64,000 bases of DNA from Octopus vulgaris. Its lineage: Eukaryota. The stretch's first letter is position 1, and every line of letters starts with the position of its first letter. Both the position numbers and the translations under genes were made by a program. Location: the NCBI GenBank assembly GCA_951406725.2, contig OX597814.1, positions 89,776,001-89,840,000 of the forward strand, given 5' to 3'. Shown one piece after another: positions 27,009 through 40,559 of the stretch. Under the pieces are notes generated by a model. It did no database searches. It was not told the DNA's origin and saw only the letters and a list, made by a program, of their open reading frames with translations.

Positions 27009-27232
27009 GTATTATATATATGTATATATATATACACACATATATATGCACATATATATGTATATATACATACACATACATATATATGCATATATATATA
27101 CATATATACATATATATATACATCCATATATATATATATACATGTATATATATATATATATATATACACTCACACATATATATGCAAATAGATACACACA
27201 TATGTATCTATACAATTATGTATATAAAAATA

Positions 27233-27388
27233 TAAGTGGGGCTGAGTGGTAAGAAGCTTGCTCCCAGACCACATTGTTCCGGGTTCAGTCCCACAGCGTT
27301 GCACGTTGGGCAAAAATTGTTTTCTAAAGCAGTCTCGAGCCGACCAAAGCCTTGTGATTGGATTTTCGAGACAGAAACTGAAAGTCCG

Positions 27389-27392
<4 letters not shown>
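27233..27392 (+). mobile_element. SINE family A, 5' half (likely 3' half at 29575-29790)
   Basis: gtggtaagaagcttgctcccagacc...gaaactgaaagtccgtc followed by (TA)n. Confidence 0.7.
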
Positions 27393-27437
<45 letters not shown>

Positions 27438-27744
27438 TATGTATATATGCATATATATATATATACATATTTATATTACTATTTGATTGAACGCCACGCA
27501 TCCTCTTCCAAGTAAGTTTTATCTTAATAATTCTGATGCGCACACAATACAATCTTTTTACTCTTACATTCATAGATAAATACATACATACATACATACA
27601 CACATACATACACACATACACTGATATATATATATATTTATATTTATTAAGAAAACAATATAATTTAGAGTAGAAGTAACAGAAGCAACAATAGCAGCAG
27701 CCGCTGTGGTAGTTATGGTGGTGGCACTGGTCGAAGTAGTAGTT

Positions 27745-27809
<65 letters not shown>

Positions 27810-28151
27810 TGGTGTTGACGTCAAACCTGAAGATTTATTGCAAATTCAAAATGAAAATGACAGATAGTGACACCACGAAGGTATGAAATTGAATAACATT
27901 TAAATAGATATATACGTAAATGCAAAGAAAGATAAATCGATATTTTGATACATCAAGATATAACAAGGCAGGACTGGTGGATTGTAAAGGTATTGAAACA
28001 TATACCACTTCTACAAACATACACATACATGCACCACGCACATGTTGATATAATATATGCACATACATAGATACATGTATGAACACATCTGTATATACAT
28101 AAATACACAGATATATCTCTATATGAATATATGCATCTATGTATGGATATA

Positions 28152-28991
28152 CAAGGTGCGATGGGTAAATTGTCACCATTGTATCTTTTAAAGTTCGCGT
28201 ATGCGCTTTGTTTTCTTATTTTGTCGACTATACAGTGTATTAGGGTCAGTTGGGCACCGTCTGTGAGCAAAATAGCCCCATGACGCAATTCATGCTGTAC
28301 TGCCTGGCATTTGCGCCATAAGCTCCAAACGAACAGATGGTGAACTCACAGGACAACGGTTGACTTGCTGTGTATCCAAAACATGTAACGAGAGTGATAA
28401 AAATCACACATCCAGTCAACATCCCGGAGTTTGGAGTGATCACTAGTGACGGCGACGTTAAGCCGCCATTCATCTTCGTCACACGGCCTCAGACTCAACA
28501 AAGAGGCCTATATTCAGTGCCTGGAGAAGGTAGTGCTACCATGGGTCAAGAGAGTGGCTACAGGAACACTCTACGTCTCGCAACAGAAATCTGCACCACT
28601 ACACACAAGTAAGAGAACCCAGTCATGGCCGTCAGTCAATTTCTGCAACCACATCAACCCTAATATCTGGCCACCTAACTCCCAAGCCTGCAAATCCTTG
28701 ATTACTATGTTTGTGGCGCTGTTAAGCGATAGACAAAGTAAACACGAAAGACGAACCGAAAGAAAAGATTATGGCAGCATTCAGCAACTTAATCAGAAAA
28801 GAAAATTGCAGGAGATTCCGAAGTTGTCTGGAGGCCGTGGTTGAAGCCAATGGTAATTTTGTTCAATAATTTACTCTTTAGTATTTCAAGATATTTTTTA
28901 TGCAATTTTGGTAAAAATATCTGTTAAAATGAGACGTCAGTATTATTTTCATTTTTGCGTAATTTAGACAACAATGGATTGACTGCACCCT
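28152..28991 (+). mobile_element. Deleted Tc1/mariner element with maT (DD37D)-like transposase remnant
   Basis: Begins TA-caaggtgc, ends gcaccct; peptide FGVITSDGDVKPPFIF...YIQCLEKVVLPWVKR...QQKSAPLHTS...IWPPNS. Confidence 0.75.
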
Positions 28992-29091
28992 TACGCACGC
29001 ACGCACGCACACACACACACACACACACACATTTATACATCTATCTACCTATCTATCTATCTATCTATCTCTGTCACTTTCTCTCTCTTTC

Positions 29092-29128
<37 letters not shown>

Positions 29129-29142
29129 AAACATAAAAGTGG

Positions 29143-29204
<62 letters not shown>

Positions 29205-29353
29205 AGAGGGATGATCTCTAAGTGGGCATCCATAGGCTAGAAGTCGAACCCCTATGGTCTTACCACTAAGAAAGGAATGTTCTCAAGAAAATTTAGCAAA
29301 CGCCAGAACGTAAGCAACCAAGACAAATGAAAAGGTACAAAATATACAGATTA

Positions 29354-29425
29354 ATCACAAACCAGTTTTGTTGTTACCACTTACGTAATCACTTACGTAG
29401 AATGCCCGCAACTCATCAGTGTGAT
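29354..29425 (-). ncRNA. Hammerhead ribozyme, probably inactivated (G12A)
   Basis: Minus strand: stem I atcaca/tgtgat, CTGATGA, stem II gttg/caac, AAAA in place of GAAA, stem III ctgg (ccgg-like). Confidence 0.7.
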
Positions 29426-29574
29426 CGTCATAGCAAAATGTAATATGAAGAAATATGCATGGGACGTCCGCATGAGATTGAACATGTATATAGTTCTACC
29501 AATTACTTTTGGGGTTATATTTCAAAAGTCTTCATATATATATGTATATATATGTATGTATATTATGTATGTAT

Positions 29575-29790
29575 GTATATGTTTGTGTGTGGAGCTTATG
29601 TGTACCTCACCATCGCTTGACAACAGTTTAGTGTGTGTTTACGTCCCCATAAATTAGTGGTTTGGCAAAAGATACCGATAGAATAAGTACTGGGCTTGCA
29701 AAGAATAATTACTGGGGACGATTTGTGCGACTAAAGTTGGTACTCCAGCGTCAAATGACTGAAACAAGTAAAAGAATAAAAGAATAAAGA
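29575..29790 (+). mobile_element. SINE family A, 3' half
   Basis: catcgcttgacaac...gtttacgtcccc...gatagaataagtactgggcttgcaaagaat...gactgaaacaagtaaaagaataaaag. Confidence 0.75.
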
Positions 29791-29911
29791 AATATACATA
29801 TGCGTATGCATATGTATTTTGTGTGCGTAAGCATATGTGTGTGCCTACTGTGTGGCTTATAAACACGTGATATACGCATGTGTGTATATACGTATATATA
29901 TATACATACAT

Positions 29912-29989
<78 letters not shown>

Positions 29990-30031
29990 TTAGATAGATA
30001 TACTAATATATATATATGTCTATACATACAC

Positions 30032-30119
<88 letters not shown>

Positions 30120-30889
30120 ATGTGTGTGTGAGTGTGTGTGCATGTGTGTGTGTACTGAAATACACATACATGCCTGTATTATAACCTCACATTTTGGTTA
30201 AATCTGCTTAGAACATAGCCAACTTTTCTATGAGAGCAGTCTGAGTAAAACTGAAATTTATTAACTTTTCTCAGACTAGTCGGCCGGTTATACCGATGAG
30301 AATCGAATGAAATTGAAAATAGTAGATCGATATTTTTTATTTGGCCATAGTGTAAACACAGCGCTAACTTTTGACAGCGACGCAAAAAAATATGCAAGTT
30401 ATTAAGAAATAAAAACCCCACGGGTTTTGAAGTTCATCTTTCATCTCTGTGTATCCTATTGTTATTTAGTGCTTCTATTAATTAAATTTTCCGAGCTAAC
30501 GACATTTAAATTATCAAATATATTAGGGGCACCAGCTTAGCTCAATTGAAGTGTGTGTGTGTGTGTGTGTGTGTAGTCTCACAAGAAGGTTAGTTATAAA
30601 TATGTAAATTAACATCTGTTAATGCAGCGTAAAAGCTTGCTTGCAGGCAATATGTCTGTATCTCTGAAGGCACCTGCTCTACAGAGACATTCCTTCGCAA
30701 AAGAGATTAAATTGTCCTAAGTTTCCTACGAGAGTCTTCTCTTCCTCTTACATTGAGATAAGCAAAGTACGAACTCTGAAATCGTATGTCTGCTGTTATA
30801 AGTAGTTGAGTGAAAAATGTGTTTACATTAATCCATTACCACTTGTAATGGAATCGTCTCTATAAGGAAGAGCCGCTTTGTTATAATCC

Positions 30890-31726
30890 TTCCAACTATA
30901 GGCAGGACGGCTGAAATTTTGGGGAAGGGGACTAGTCGAGCATATCAACCCCAGTGTTTGACTGGTACTTAATTTATCGACCCAGAAAAGATGATGGGCA
31001 AAGTCAACCTCAGCAGAATTTGAACTAAGAACGCAATAATGGCGAAATGCCTATGTCTTTACTACCCACAGAGAGGACAAACAAGGACAGACAAACGGAT
31101 TAAGTCGATTATATCGACCCCAGTGCGTAACTGGTACTTAATTTATCGACCCCGAAAGGATGAAAGGCAAAGTAGACCTCGGCGGAATTTGAACTCAGAA
31201 CATAACGGCAGACGAAATACAGCTACGCATTTCGCCTGGCGTGCTAACGTTTCTGCCAGTTCGCCGCCTTGAAGGCGCTTTGTTTTAATGAAGCGCCAAA
31301 ATGCTAGTCACTGTAAGGACAGCAGAAATAATAATAATAATTAACAGCAACAACAACAATAATAATTTCAAATGCTTGGCACAATGCCAGCAATTTTAGA
31401 GGAGGGTAAGTCAATTAGATCGACTACAGTCTACAACTGGTGCTTATTTTATCGACACTGAAAGGATGAAAGGCAAAGTTAAACTTTGAGATATGTGAAA
31501 TCAGAACGTAAAGACGAACGAAATGTTGCAAAGCATTTTGCCTGGCGCAGCTACGATTCTGCCAGCTCACGCCTTAATAATAATGATAATGAAAAAAATA
31601 ATTTCTAGTATATGTACAAGGCCTGAAATTTTGGGGGAAGGAAGTAGTCGATTAAATCGACACCAGTGCTTCACTGGTACTTCGTTTATCGACCTCGAAA
31701 GTCGACCCCAGCGAAACTTGAACTCA
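30890..31726 (-). mobile_element. Cluster of SINE family B copies, including a dimer
   Basis: Four repeats of the actggtac/tgctt...tttatcgac block at ~30961, 31130, 31436 and 31673. Confidence 0.8.
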
Positions 31727-31789
31727 GACAATGAAGATAGAAACAAGGAAAATAAAAATAGCGACAATAGAGGCTCTTGAAGAATGTTT

Positions 31790-32560
31790 CGCCACATGTA
31801 TAACATATAGGCGGCCTGCCCTCCACCACCATTCTCAATCATACGTCGTCGGGCAGCACTATCTCTTCGACAATTCTGTTTATTCACTGTTGCTTGAACG
31901 GTTAACTCTATTCCATATCCCCAGTAGTTAACTCTTTGTGTTCTTGTGGCCTTCAGTATCTTGGCCTCCTCATTCATGTCATACATTATGGCTGTCCTCA
32001 GCCATGCCTCTTTCAGCTCTTGGGGCACTTTGCCTGGCACACTACACAGTACGATGGCAAAAGTACCCATTCTTCCGATCTTATTGCCTCCGTGGAGTAC
32101 TTAATTGATGTAAAACTCACCTCCACCGTAGCGTACTTTCTCCCTCTTGTTATAAATGTGGTTAGTCTTTTTATATTCTTCAAACATTCTTCAAGAGCCT
32201 CTATTGTCGCTATTTTTATTTTCCTTGTTGTTATCTTCATTGTCTTGTATATCACCGTTCTTTTCATTACATTGGTTGTCAGATCCACAGGTGGCGTGGC
32301 GTTAATTTCAGTGTATTTCCGTCTCTTTCCCGCAAATTCTCGCATTCCTTCATGCTTTGAGGTTCAAACTTTATTTCCCGCACCTCCAGCGTTTCCACGT
32401 CCATCTTCCGTCCAGTTGCAGCCGCATACCTGTGGCCACCTGCTGATTTCTTTATCCATCTTTTTCTACTAAGATAGAGACGCGAGTAAAATTAATAACA
32501 GAGAAACCAAAATAAAATTTTGGAAAGAGCAACGCCGCCGTATCTTACGTGGAAACCATG
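31790..32560 (-). pseudogene. 5' relic of a Tx1/L1-like LINE ORF1 (gag-like, cut inside the zinc knuckle)
   Basis: ATG at 32459 (MDKEISR), frameshifted body, ends in VVEGRPPICYTCGE, the first half of a CCHC knuckle. Confidence 0.6.
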
Positions 32561-32639
32561 GGCGTACTTTCAAGGAAAGTAGTTTGAGAAAGACTTGAAA
32601 GTCAACGGAAGATCATAATACCTCATGTAAAGTAAAGTA

Positions 32640-32793
32640 AATATAATAATCCAGAATCCTTGTCAGTTCGTGCCAGTCACGAAGCCAAACATCTCTGAAA
32701 GTATAATCCGAATCTATCCAGTGGTTCTTGAGATATCTTGACCACGGACAAACACGACTGGAAACAATACTTCCGCCTTCGTTATGGTGGAGG

Positions 32794-32795
<2 letters not shown>
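32640..32795 (+). mobile_element. Helentron/HINE-like 3' end
   Basis: atccagtggttcttgagatatcttg..acggacaaac followed by a terminal hairpin acttccgcc...ggtggaggt. Confidence 0.4.
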
Positions 32796-32843
<48 letters not shown>

Positions 32844-32867
32844 ATAATAATAATAATAATAATATTC

Positions 32868-33200
32868 AAAACAACGATAAAAATATAGATTTTATAGGTC
32901 GGAGGGACCATATAAATATAAAAAAAAGAAAGAGATAAAAACAGCGAATATATACGTATGTAGAAGTGCTTGAAACAAAGAAAAAAACCCCCCAAAAATG
33001 TCTTGCGGGGTTAAGAGTTAAGAGTGATTTACACAGTGTTTTCTGGTCGGCGAACAGGTGGAAACCAAAGAACGCTACATAAAATAAATCACAACGTCGT
33101 ATGTCGTTTATTTATATATTCGCTGTTTTTTTATCTCCATCTTTCCTTTATATTTATATGGTCGTTCTGGCTAATAAAGCCTATATTTTGCCGTTGTTTT
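32868..33200. repeat. Fold-back element with ~85-bp diverged inverted arms
   Basis: gaccatataaatataaa...gagataaaaacagcgaatatata matches the reverse complement of tatatattcgctgtttttttatctc...tttatatttatatggtc. Confidence 0.65.
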
Positions 33201-33799
33201 ACCTGTTTCTCATCTCTTAAATATTATTCTCGATCTCCCTCCAATCCGACACCGACCTCCTGCGATCTGTCCCCAATCCGCTAGCAGCAGTTTCACATAG
33301 ACCAATCAAACAGCTAGTATGATAGCAATTTTCTTCCTATGCTTATCAAAAAATAACTTGGCTGACCTGTTTAAAGGTTGAAAATAGTTCACCTGTTCAT
33401 AACTATGGCTGGTAGACTAAGCAAACTTTCTACATTCCAGACACAGGAAACCAAACCCAATACCAATCATCTCAACTTCCAGAACCTTCCCTTACAGAGG
33501 AGAGCAGCAGAAGCAAAGCAACAGACTGAAATTCGCTAATCCTTTTTTCTATGATCATAGAAGGTACATAAAAAATCTCGAAAGAAAGAGCAAAACAAAA
33601 TAGCATCCCCTCCCAAAATAAGAACGGTTACAATAACAACAAAAACAGCAACAACTCCAAAGGTAACTATACAGATGACAACAAACAGAGCTACCACCAC
33701 CACCACCACCACCACAACCACCACTATCAACACCACCACCGGCAACAACAATACCAACAAATTATAATAAAAATAATGATGATGATGATGATGGTGGTG

Positions 33800-33858
<59 letters not shown>

Positions 33859-33859
<1 letters not shown>

Positions 33860-34766
33860 GCCCTGATGCAGTACCAGGCAGTGACTCTCATGGCTTCTCA
33901 TCTTAACTTATTGGAAGTGTTATCATGTACATTGTTTTGTCTTGGTATAAAAGATGGGCTACAGCTGATATTCTGCTCTGTACCACAGATTTGCTTGTCA
34001 CTTGTTTGACCTTAACCAGTTGAGCATGTCCCTTAGTGGCTGACGATATGTGCATCTCTGATCACGAACAGAAGTAGTGGGGGAGCATCAAAGCCATGTG
34101 TCGAGAGGAATTCATTGGGGTTTGAATAATTCACCTCTGAAAACATGGTTGTTTCGTTCAACATCGTTAAACAACCCTTATTCAGGGACCTTTTGAGCAG
34201 GATGGACTACTCCACTTAAGGAAAGAAAATTCTAACTAGGCCTCACCTGCAAGGACATGCGCTATTAAGTTTGATGTGAGATCACCATGTTCTGCACATG
34301 TAGTTGAGATGCATGAGCCTATTGTACCCTTATCAAAGAGGTAGTCATGATAGGTATGCTGGGCGCCATATATTTGTACCCTAGTGTCACTTCCATTGCA
34401 TGCATTGGTCTCTTTTGTTCAATAATGATAATAATAATAATAATAATATGTGTTGAGAAGGATTCTTTGGGGTTTGAATAATTCACCTCTGGAAACATGG
34501 GTGTTTCGTTCAACGTCCTTAAACAACCCTTATTCAGGGACCATTTGAGCAGGATGGGTTACTCGATCTGAAGAAAACTCTAACTGGGCTCCACCTGCAA
34601 GGTCATGTGCTGTTTATCTTGATATGAGATCACCATGTCGCGCACGTATGGTTGTGATGCATGTGCCTGGTGTACCCTTATCAGACGGGTAGTCATGATG
34701 GGTATACTGGGCTTCGTATATTTTACCCCAGTGTCACTTTGATGGCATGCTCTGCTCGCTCACTCA
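33859..34766 (+). mobile_element. ~550-bp (TAA)n-flanked element plus an adjacent 5'-truncated copy (34447-34766)
   Basis: Homologous to 4823-5376; the two copies are separated by (TAA)n. Confidence 0.8.
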
Positions 34767-35552
34767 ATAATAATAATAATAATATAGTGTTACTACCTGA
34801 GCAACCCTGTAGATGAAAATACCGGCAATGTGTGTATGATCAATGGAGAGAAAGAGGATTGTTTCAGCTCACGGAAAAGAGATTATGTGATCAAGCTAGA
34901 CCATTCAAAAAATCGTTTGTTCACAGAAGTAGTGCTCGAAGCAATCAAAGGAGGGCATTGGAAAACAGCAGCAGAGGAAACGATGGAAATACAGTTCTTA
35001 CTCATACAAGTAATCTAGTAGTAGAAAACAGAGGTGAGATCTCTAATAAATCACGGGAAAGGAAAGTGACAGCTTGCTCGATGAGTGACATATAAATGGT
35101 TTGGAAGAAGACAATAAACTAATGGTGACATGACAGATGGACAAAAGGCAATCTAAGACAGAATAAAGGCAAGGCTACCGGAGAATGACAGCGACATTAT
35201 TTTCAACCTTAAAAAGGTTGATTGGAGGAAAATTAAATCAAGAAACGAAAATTATGAAATACATCAGAACAAAAAACATCACAGAGACAAATAATTTGAT
35301 CAAGACACTAAGTATTGTTGTAGCAGAAAATGTGGGTGTTGATGTCAAGAAAAAATATAATGGCAGTGACAAAAGAATAGATCCATGGTGGAAAAGAAGA
35401 ATACAGGCAGGGTTAGATATGCTCTCGAAGGACATTTCTGTTAGACCGAATAGAGTAGGTGGAGCTTAGAAGCGAACAAAAATACAGGTCACTGAACAGG
35501 AAGTATGATATTGAAAGAAAGGGCCTGAAAATGGCAATGGAAGAACTGAAAC

Positions 35553-37385
35553 GGTGTCCGGTCAATTCGTGGATGGCAATTTGTCATCGTTTAATTTGTC
35601 TTCAGTCAATTCGTCGTTGGTCAATTCGTCCCCAGGTTAATTTGGCGTCAGTTAATTAGTCGAGATCATAGAGAAAAAAAAAAGGAAGAACGAATACCTG
35701 AATTTAAAAAAACACCTTTATTTTAAGGTTTTCTGTATTATATATTTATTTTATCTTAAAATTTAAGATTGTGTGCAATTGCTTTTAGGAAAAAATCTTT
35801 GGCTTGGATCATATTATTCCATGTCATTTTTATACACAGGTTCATATCTCTGTATTTTTACTTTTGGCTTGGTTCTTCTTGCATAAACGTATGCAATTTG
35901 GTACTGGCAAACCTTTCTACACACTTAATCACATCAGTAAGTTCCCAAATATTTGGATGACTAATATTCACTGTGTTTTTCAGCGTGCTTTGGTAAGCTT
36001 CATGCATCAATCCCAAACATTCAATATAGGTAATGGAAATGGAGGTTCAAGGCGTCGCCTCCTCTGTCCTCTTCCTCTAGGTGGTTCTCTATAACTATTT
36101 TCAAAATAGGATACAGTTGACAGTGGAATATCATCATCATCTACAAGCTGTTCATATCCATCTACGACATCATCAACCGGCAGGAAGGCAAAGGCAATAA
36201 AATACCACATTTTAATACTAAAACTGTCATCGTGATATCTGAATTTTAGTCCTTTTGCACAACATGCTTGAACACATTTTGTCTTAAATGAAACAAGTAG
36301 CATGCCAAATTCGACCAGGAAACGTTTTCAGAAATCTGTTATGGGCTGCTTTTTCGAAATCCCTAATTATATTACCAGGTCCCTCATTCTGCAGTAATCT
36401 AAGTAATCTATTTATTTTGGTAAAATGTCTACAATATGTCTTATCAATTTGAATGTGAAGTATATATAACAGAAAAAATATATTGGAACAGCAGTTAAAT
36501 GGTCCATATGCCGCCCAGTTCTTGTGCTGTTTTAACTGTCGAAGTGCTTCGTCACTTGCAAATATTAGTATTCGTTTTGAATCTTCCATCCCATTGTCAT
36601 ACTGTAAACACGTTTTATCATTGTCAAGGTATGGATGGAAAACCCAACATTCACTTGGAATGGAAAACTCAACATTTGTAAGTGGGGTGGAAGGATAGTT
36701 GGAACCATCCTGCCTCCAACGTCTAATATTCCTATTAAGCTGTCTAAACGGAGGTATTTGCTACACTGTTCAGTCGTTTAAATTCTGAACTTCACTAGCG
36801 ATAATTGAGCGAGGGGCATCACGAGATAAAATAGACTTTACTTTAATATTTGAAGCTATTATCCTTGTATTTACCTCTGCAGCAGTTGAAGCGTAATTAT
36901 GGATCCCAATCTTCTTAAGCTCTTTATAATTTTCATCTGTATGAAGTCTCACCTTGCACACACGATTTTCGTATCTCCAGTATATCTTCAATTCATCTGC
37001 ATTCAGTTAAGCTTTTGTGTATATATAATTTTCATGATCGACCACTTTGATTTTTCCTTTCTCTGAAGTTAAGATCTTGCAGGTAGTCATGTTGATGGAT
37101 AGGCGTATTGAATAAATTTAATTCGATTTGCTTGAAAATCTTTGTTCGTAAACTGTTTAGCGCAGATACTTAAGAGAGAGAAAGGGAGAGAGAGAGAGAG
37201 AGGGGTTAAAGAAAGGAAAAATATCTAAAAATGTTCAACGTCAATTTTAAATCTCAATTGATTGTTCTAAACTTCCCCTCGAAAATTACATTAGAAGTAT
37301 TTTGGGATGAATTGGCCACCAATGAATTGACCTGGGGATGAATTGGTCAACAACGAATTGACCGGGGACGAATTGTCCTGGCACC
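35553..37385 (-). mobile_element. Mutator-like (Phantom-type) DNA transposon
   Basis: Perfect 9-bp TSD aactgaaac (35544, 37386); ends ggtgtc / ggcacc; inverted subterminal arrays of ~15-bp gtcaattcgtc repeats. Confidence 0.9.
35780..37090 (-). pseudogene. FLYWCH + MULE transposase, disrupted
   Basis: MTTCKILTSEKGK...KIYWRYENRVCKVRLHT...HN (FLYWCH-like); RILIFASDEAL..WAAYGPF; IIRDFEKAA; YFENSY; LNVWD. Stops and frameshifts present. Confidence 0.8.
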
Positions 37386-39064
37386 AACTGAAACAGCACC
37401 TCATTGCAAAGAAGGCAAAGATGGTAAGATACGACCAAAGAATGAAGGGATACTAGCAGAATAGGTTACTCAGAATAGATCAGAAGAGAGATTCTACGAA
37501 GAAATAACTGGAGAGTGTACAGATAAAAAGTTGATGGCAGATAACATTGAAAGTCAAAGTTTTGACAAAGGAGCAAAAGAACGATGCTGAATGGTTGCAA
37601 GAACTGAAACAAACAGTAGTCTGTCCGCAACAGGCAGAACTAGTCATTTCATTTAGGGAAGTGAAGGCAATCAGCAAGAAAGCTGGGCAACTGGAAGGTT
37701 TCGGGATCAGATGGCATTCAAGGCTACTGGATGAAAAGATTTGGTGAATGTCATGCACGAATAGCTGCACAACTCAACATCTTGTTAAATGCCGACCAAG
37801 TAACATCAGAGTGGTTGACAACGGGTAGGTCAGTGCTGTGATTGAAAATCATCGAAAAAGGCAATACGGTAGACGATTACAGGCCGATATCCTGCTTGCC
37901 ACCGATGTGGAAATTATTGACTGGAATAGTCGCAGAGTCAATGAACGGACATCTGGAAAAGAATAGCCCTGTTACATGAGCAGAAGGGGTGTAAGCGTAA
38001 GTACAGAGGTACAAGGGATCAAATCCTGGTAGACAAAACTGTACTTAGAAACTGCAAGAGGAGGAAAACTAACTTAGCCATGTCATTGATCGATTATCAT
38101 AAGGCATACGATATGATTCCACATACTTGGACTATGGAATGTATGAACCTATTTGGAATTGCATTGAATGTTGAGCGATTGCTACGGAACTGACAGCATT
38201 TGGAAGAAGGTTTGGGACAGTAGAAAGCAAAGGCTGGGTGTGTATTCAAGAGCCGCCAACAAAAAGTCAACCATTTGTTATGGATGACATCACCTTTATG
38301 GTAAAGATGAATCCCAAGTCAGTTCCCTCGTTGATACGGTGTATATTTTTAGTGTTGATATCAGAATGGAGTTCGGAAAAAAAAAGTGTGTGGTATGTTA
38401 GTCTTGAAGAGAGGGAATATAAAATGTAATGGACGGGCTAGCGATACCGTCGGGGGAGGTTATGAAGCAGGTAGAAGATACGGTCTATAAGTACTTGGGG
38501 ATATTGGAAATGGATAACGTGATGGAGAAAGAAATGACAGAGAAATGTAAGGTGGAGTACTTGCGCAGACTAAAATTGATCCTTAAGTTGAAATTAAATG
38601 GACGAAATAAGATTGAAGCTATCAACACCTGGGTGATTTCACTCCTTAGATATGGAGCAGGGGTAATCGCATGGACAGTAGACGAACTAAACAATTTAGA
38701 CAGAAAGACAAGGAAGTTGCTGACTAGATATGAGATACTCCACCCAAAAAGTGACACTGATAGTCTGTAAGTACCAAGAAAAAGAGGGGGAAGAGGACTG
38801 ATTAGATGCTAACACAGCATTAGAGCAGAAAAAACAACATAGCATGGAAGTAAGCAGGACAGGTTTGTGAATGGAGGAAGATTACAAAGATAAAGCACTG
38901 TACAAGAACTTGAGAATGAATGAAACTGAAAATAGGTGGATAAAGAAAAGAATGCATGGACAATTTCATAGGGATGTTGAAGATAAGACAGAGAAAAAAC
39001 GATGGCTATGGATGACTAAAATTGATTTAAAACCGGAAACGGCATCACTTTTATATTACCCGCT

Positions 39065-39360
39065 CGCATTCCATGCATTCTTGCCATTTCCACTTTCAAT
39101 TCAGAGTACTTGGTGATTTTTTTAAAACCTCCTTACTCACAATATTCATGTCATTTGGTATGGCTACATCAAAGATCTGACATTGATGACAATATCCGAC
39201 CGAATGTGTTCGATTACACGATCCATCTGAAAATAATATAGTCCCAGAGTATCATTATTTTTCCATCCTCCTGCATAACTTTACTTGGTACATGCTCATA
39301 CCAGTTCTCTGTTACTTCATATTGGTATTTGCGGCATAAGAACCAATGAAGATACACACA
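39065..39360 (-). mobile_element. Second RLE-LINE 3' fragment in opposite orientation
   Basis: Minus strand: VYLHWFLCRKYQYEVTENWYEHVPSKV...ILWD...RSDIV. Confidence 0.7.
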
Positions 39361-40559
39361 CACACTTTTTTTTATATTTATGTAAATAGAATGAGAAAAG
39401 AAAAGGGAGAAAAAGACAAATCGAGATAAAATGGCTTGTCTGATCGGTCTCGAGCGAGGTCTTTTACCTCAATTTGTCTCTCTCGAGGTAGCAAGCTTAG
39501 TCTTGAAAAAATAAGCTGTGGATTTTTTAGCGATAGAAAAGAAAGTTTCAGAGAAAAGTTTGCTAAAAAACAAATATTGATATTCAATATTTAGAAAATA
39601 ATCATTTCTTCTTTGGCTAATTGTTTTAAACCTGTTAACTGCCCAATAAATAATTTGTCTTTCAAAATTCATTGTTTATCATGAAAATCATTTTTGCAAT
39701 ATCTAAGTGTTTTTATTATATTAAGTTGTTTGAAAATTCTTTTAAGACTTAATCAATTGTCATATATTTTCAAAAGATGTATGAAGTTTAAAACCTAACA
39801 ATATGAGAAAATATAAAAATTTTATAAAAATAGAACATGCGCAAACTTATATTCAGAGTAATGATGACTGAGATCTTCGAATTTCAGAGAATTTAAACAT
39901 ATCATTTCATTGGAATTCTATTCTAAAACAATGGTCTTGACCTATTGTCTCCTCGATCCGAGAAGTTAAAATTTTCATTAGAATATTGAAAAATGCTTAA
40001 TATTTAATATAGGATACCATTGTGACGTTTTGAATGTAGGATACCATTCAACGTTTCTTTGTAGCAATAAGTCTAAAGCATTGTCGAAATATTTCCGAAT
40101 ACCAAGCGGTTGAACAAAGGACAGATTTCTAGTATATTATTATGTAGTTTATGAAAAACAAAATTACGTTTATATATTTGTTTTGCAAGATTTTTGATGT
40201 GAAATCGTGTGTTGAAACAGATATTGTTGTATTTAGGAATGGTCATTTTGCCAATTTCGCCAATAAAAACACACGCACTATATATTTGGTGTTACTTTGC
40301 ATCAGCGTTATTTATTTTTTACATTAATCTTAATCTTATTTCGGCCAGAGTTCTTTCGTCACACTCCTGTGACCGCATCTGTGGTCCTTTGCTTTCTTCT
40401 TTCTTTTTTGTGCGTCTCTCCTTACTAACGCTCAGCCATTTTGTATTTTGCATTTCTATTGTATGTGTCTTCATTTGCGCATGCGTATACCTCTATGTGT
40501 GTCTATGTTTAGTTAGTGTGTGTGTGTGTGGGGGGGGGGAAGTGTCTGTAATGTTTGTA

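Larger units (their letters stand above)
34785..39045 (+). mobile_element. Decayed R4/Dong-type LINE ORF, interrupted by a Mutator element
   Basis: Broken frames: [86 protein letters not shown]. Confidence 0.9.

Noticed and set aside
30618-30700. taatgcagc, reminiscent of a twister ribozyme
   Set aside because: The conserved P4/L4 segment and pseudoknot partners are absent.
35553-35660. Short regularly spaced repeats resembling a CRISPR or iteron array
   Set aside because: They are subterminal repeats of the Mutator element, mirrored at 37305-37385; eukaryotic context and no spacers.
40343-40387. Minus-strand cca-CAGATGCG-gtcac..gtgac-GAAA-gaac-TC-tgg
   Set aside because: At least two core changes; plausible relic, not supportable as functional.
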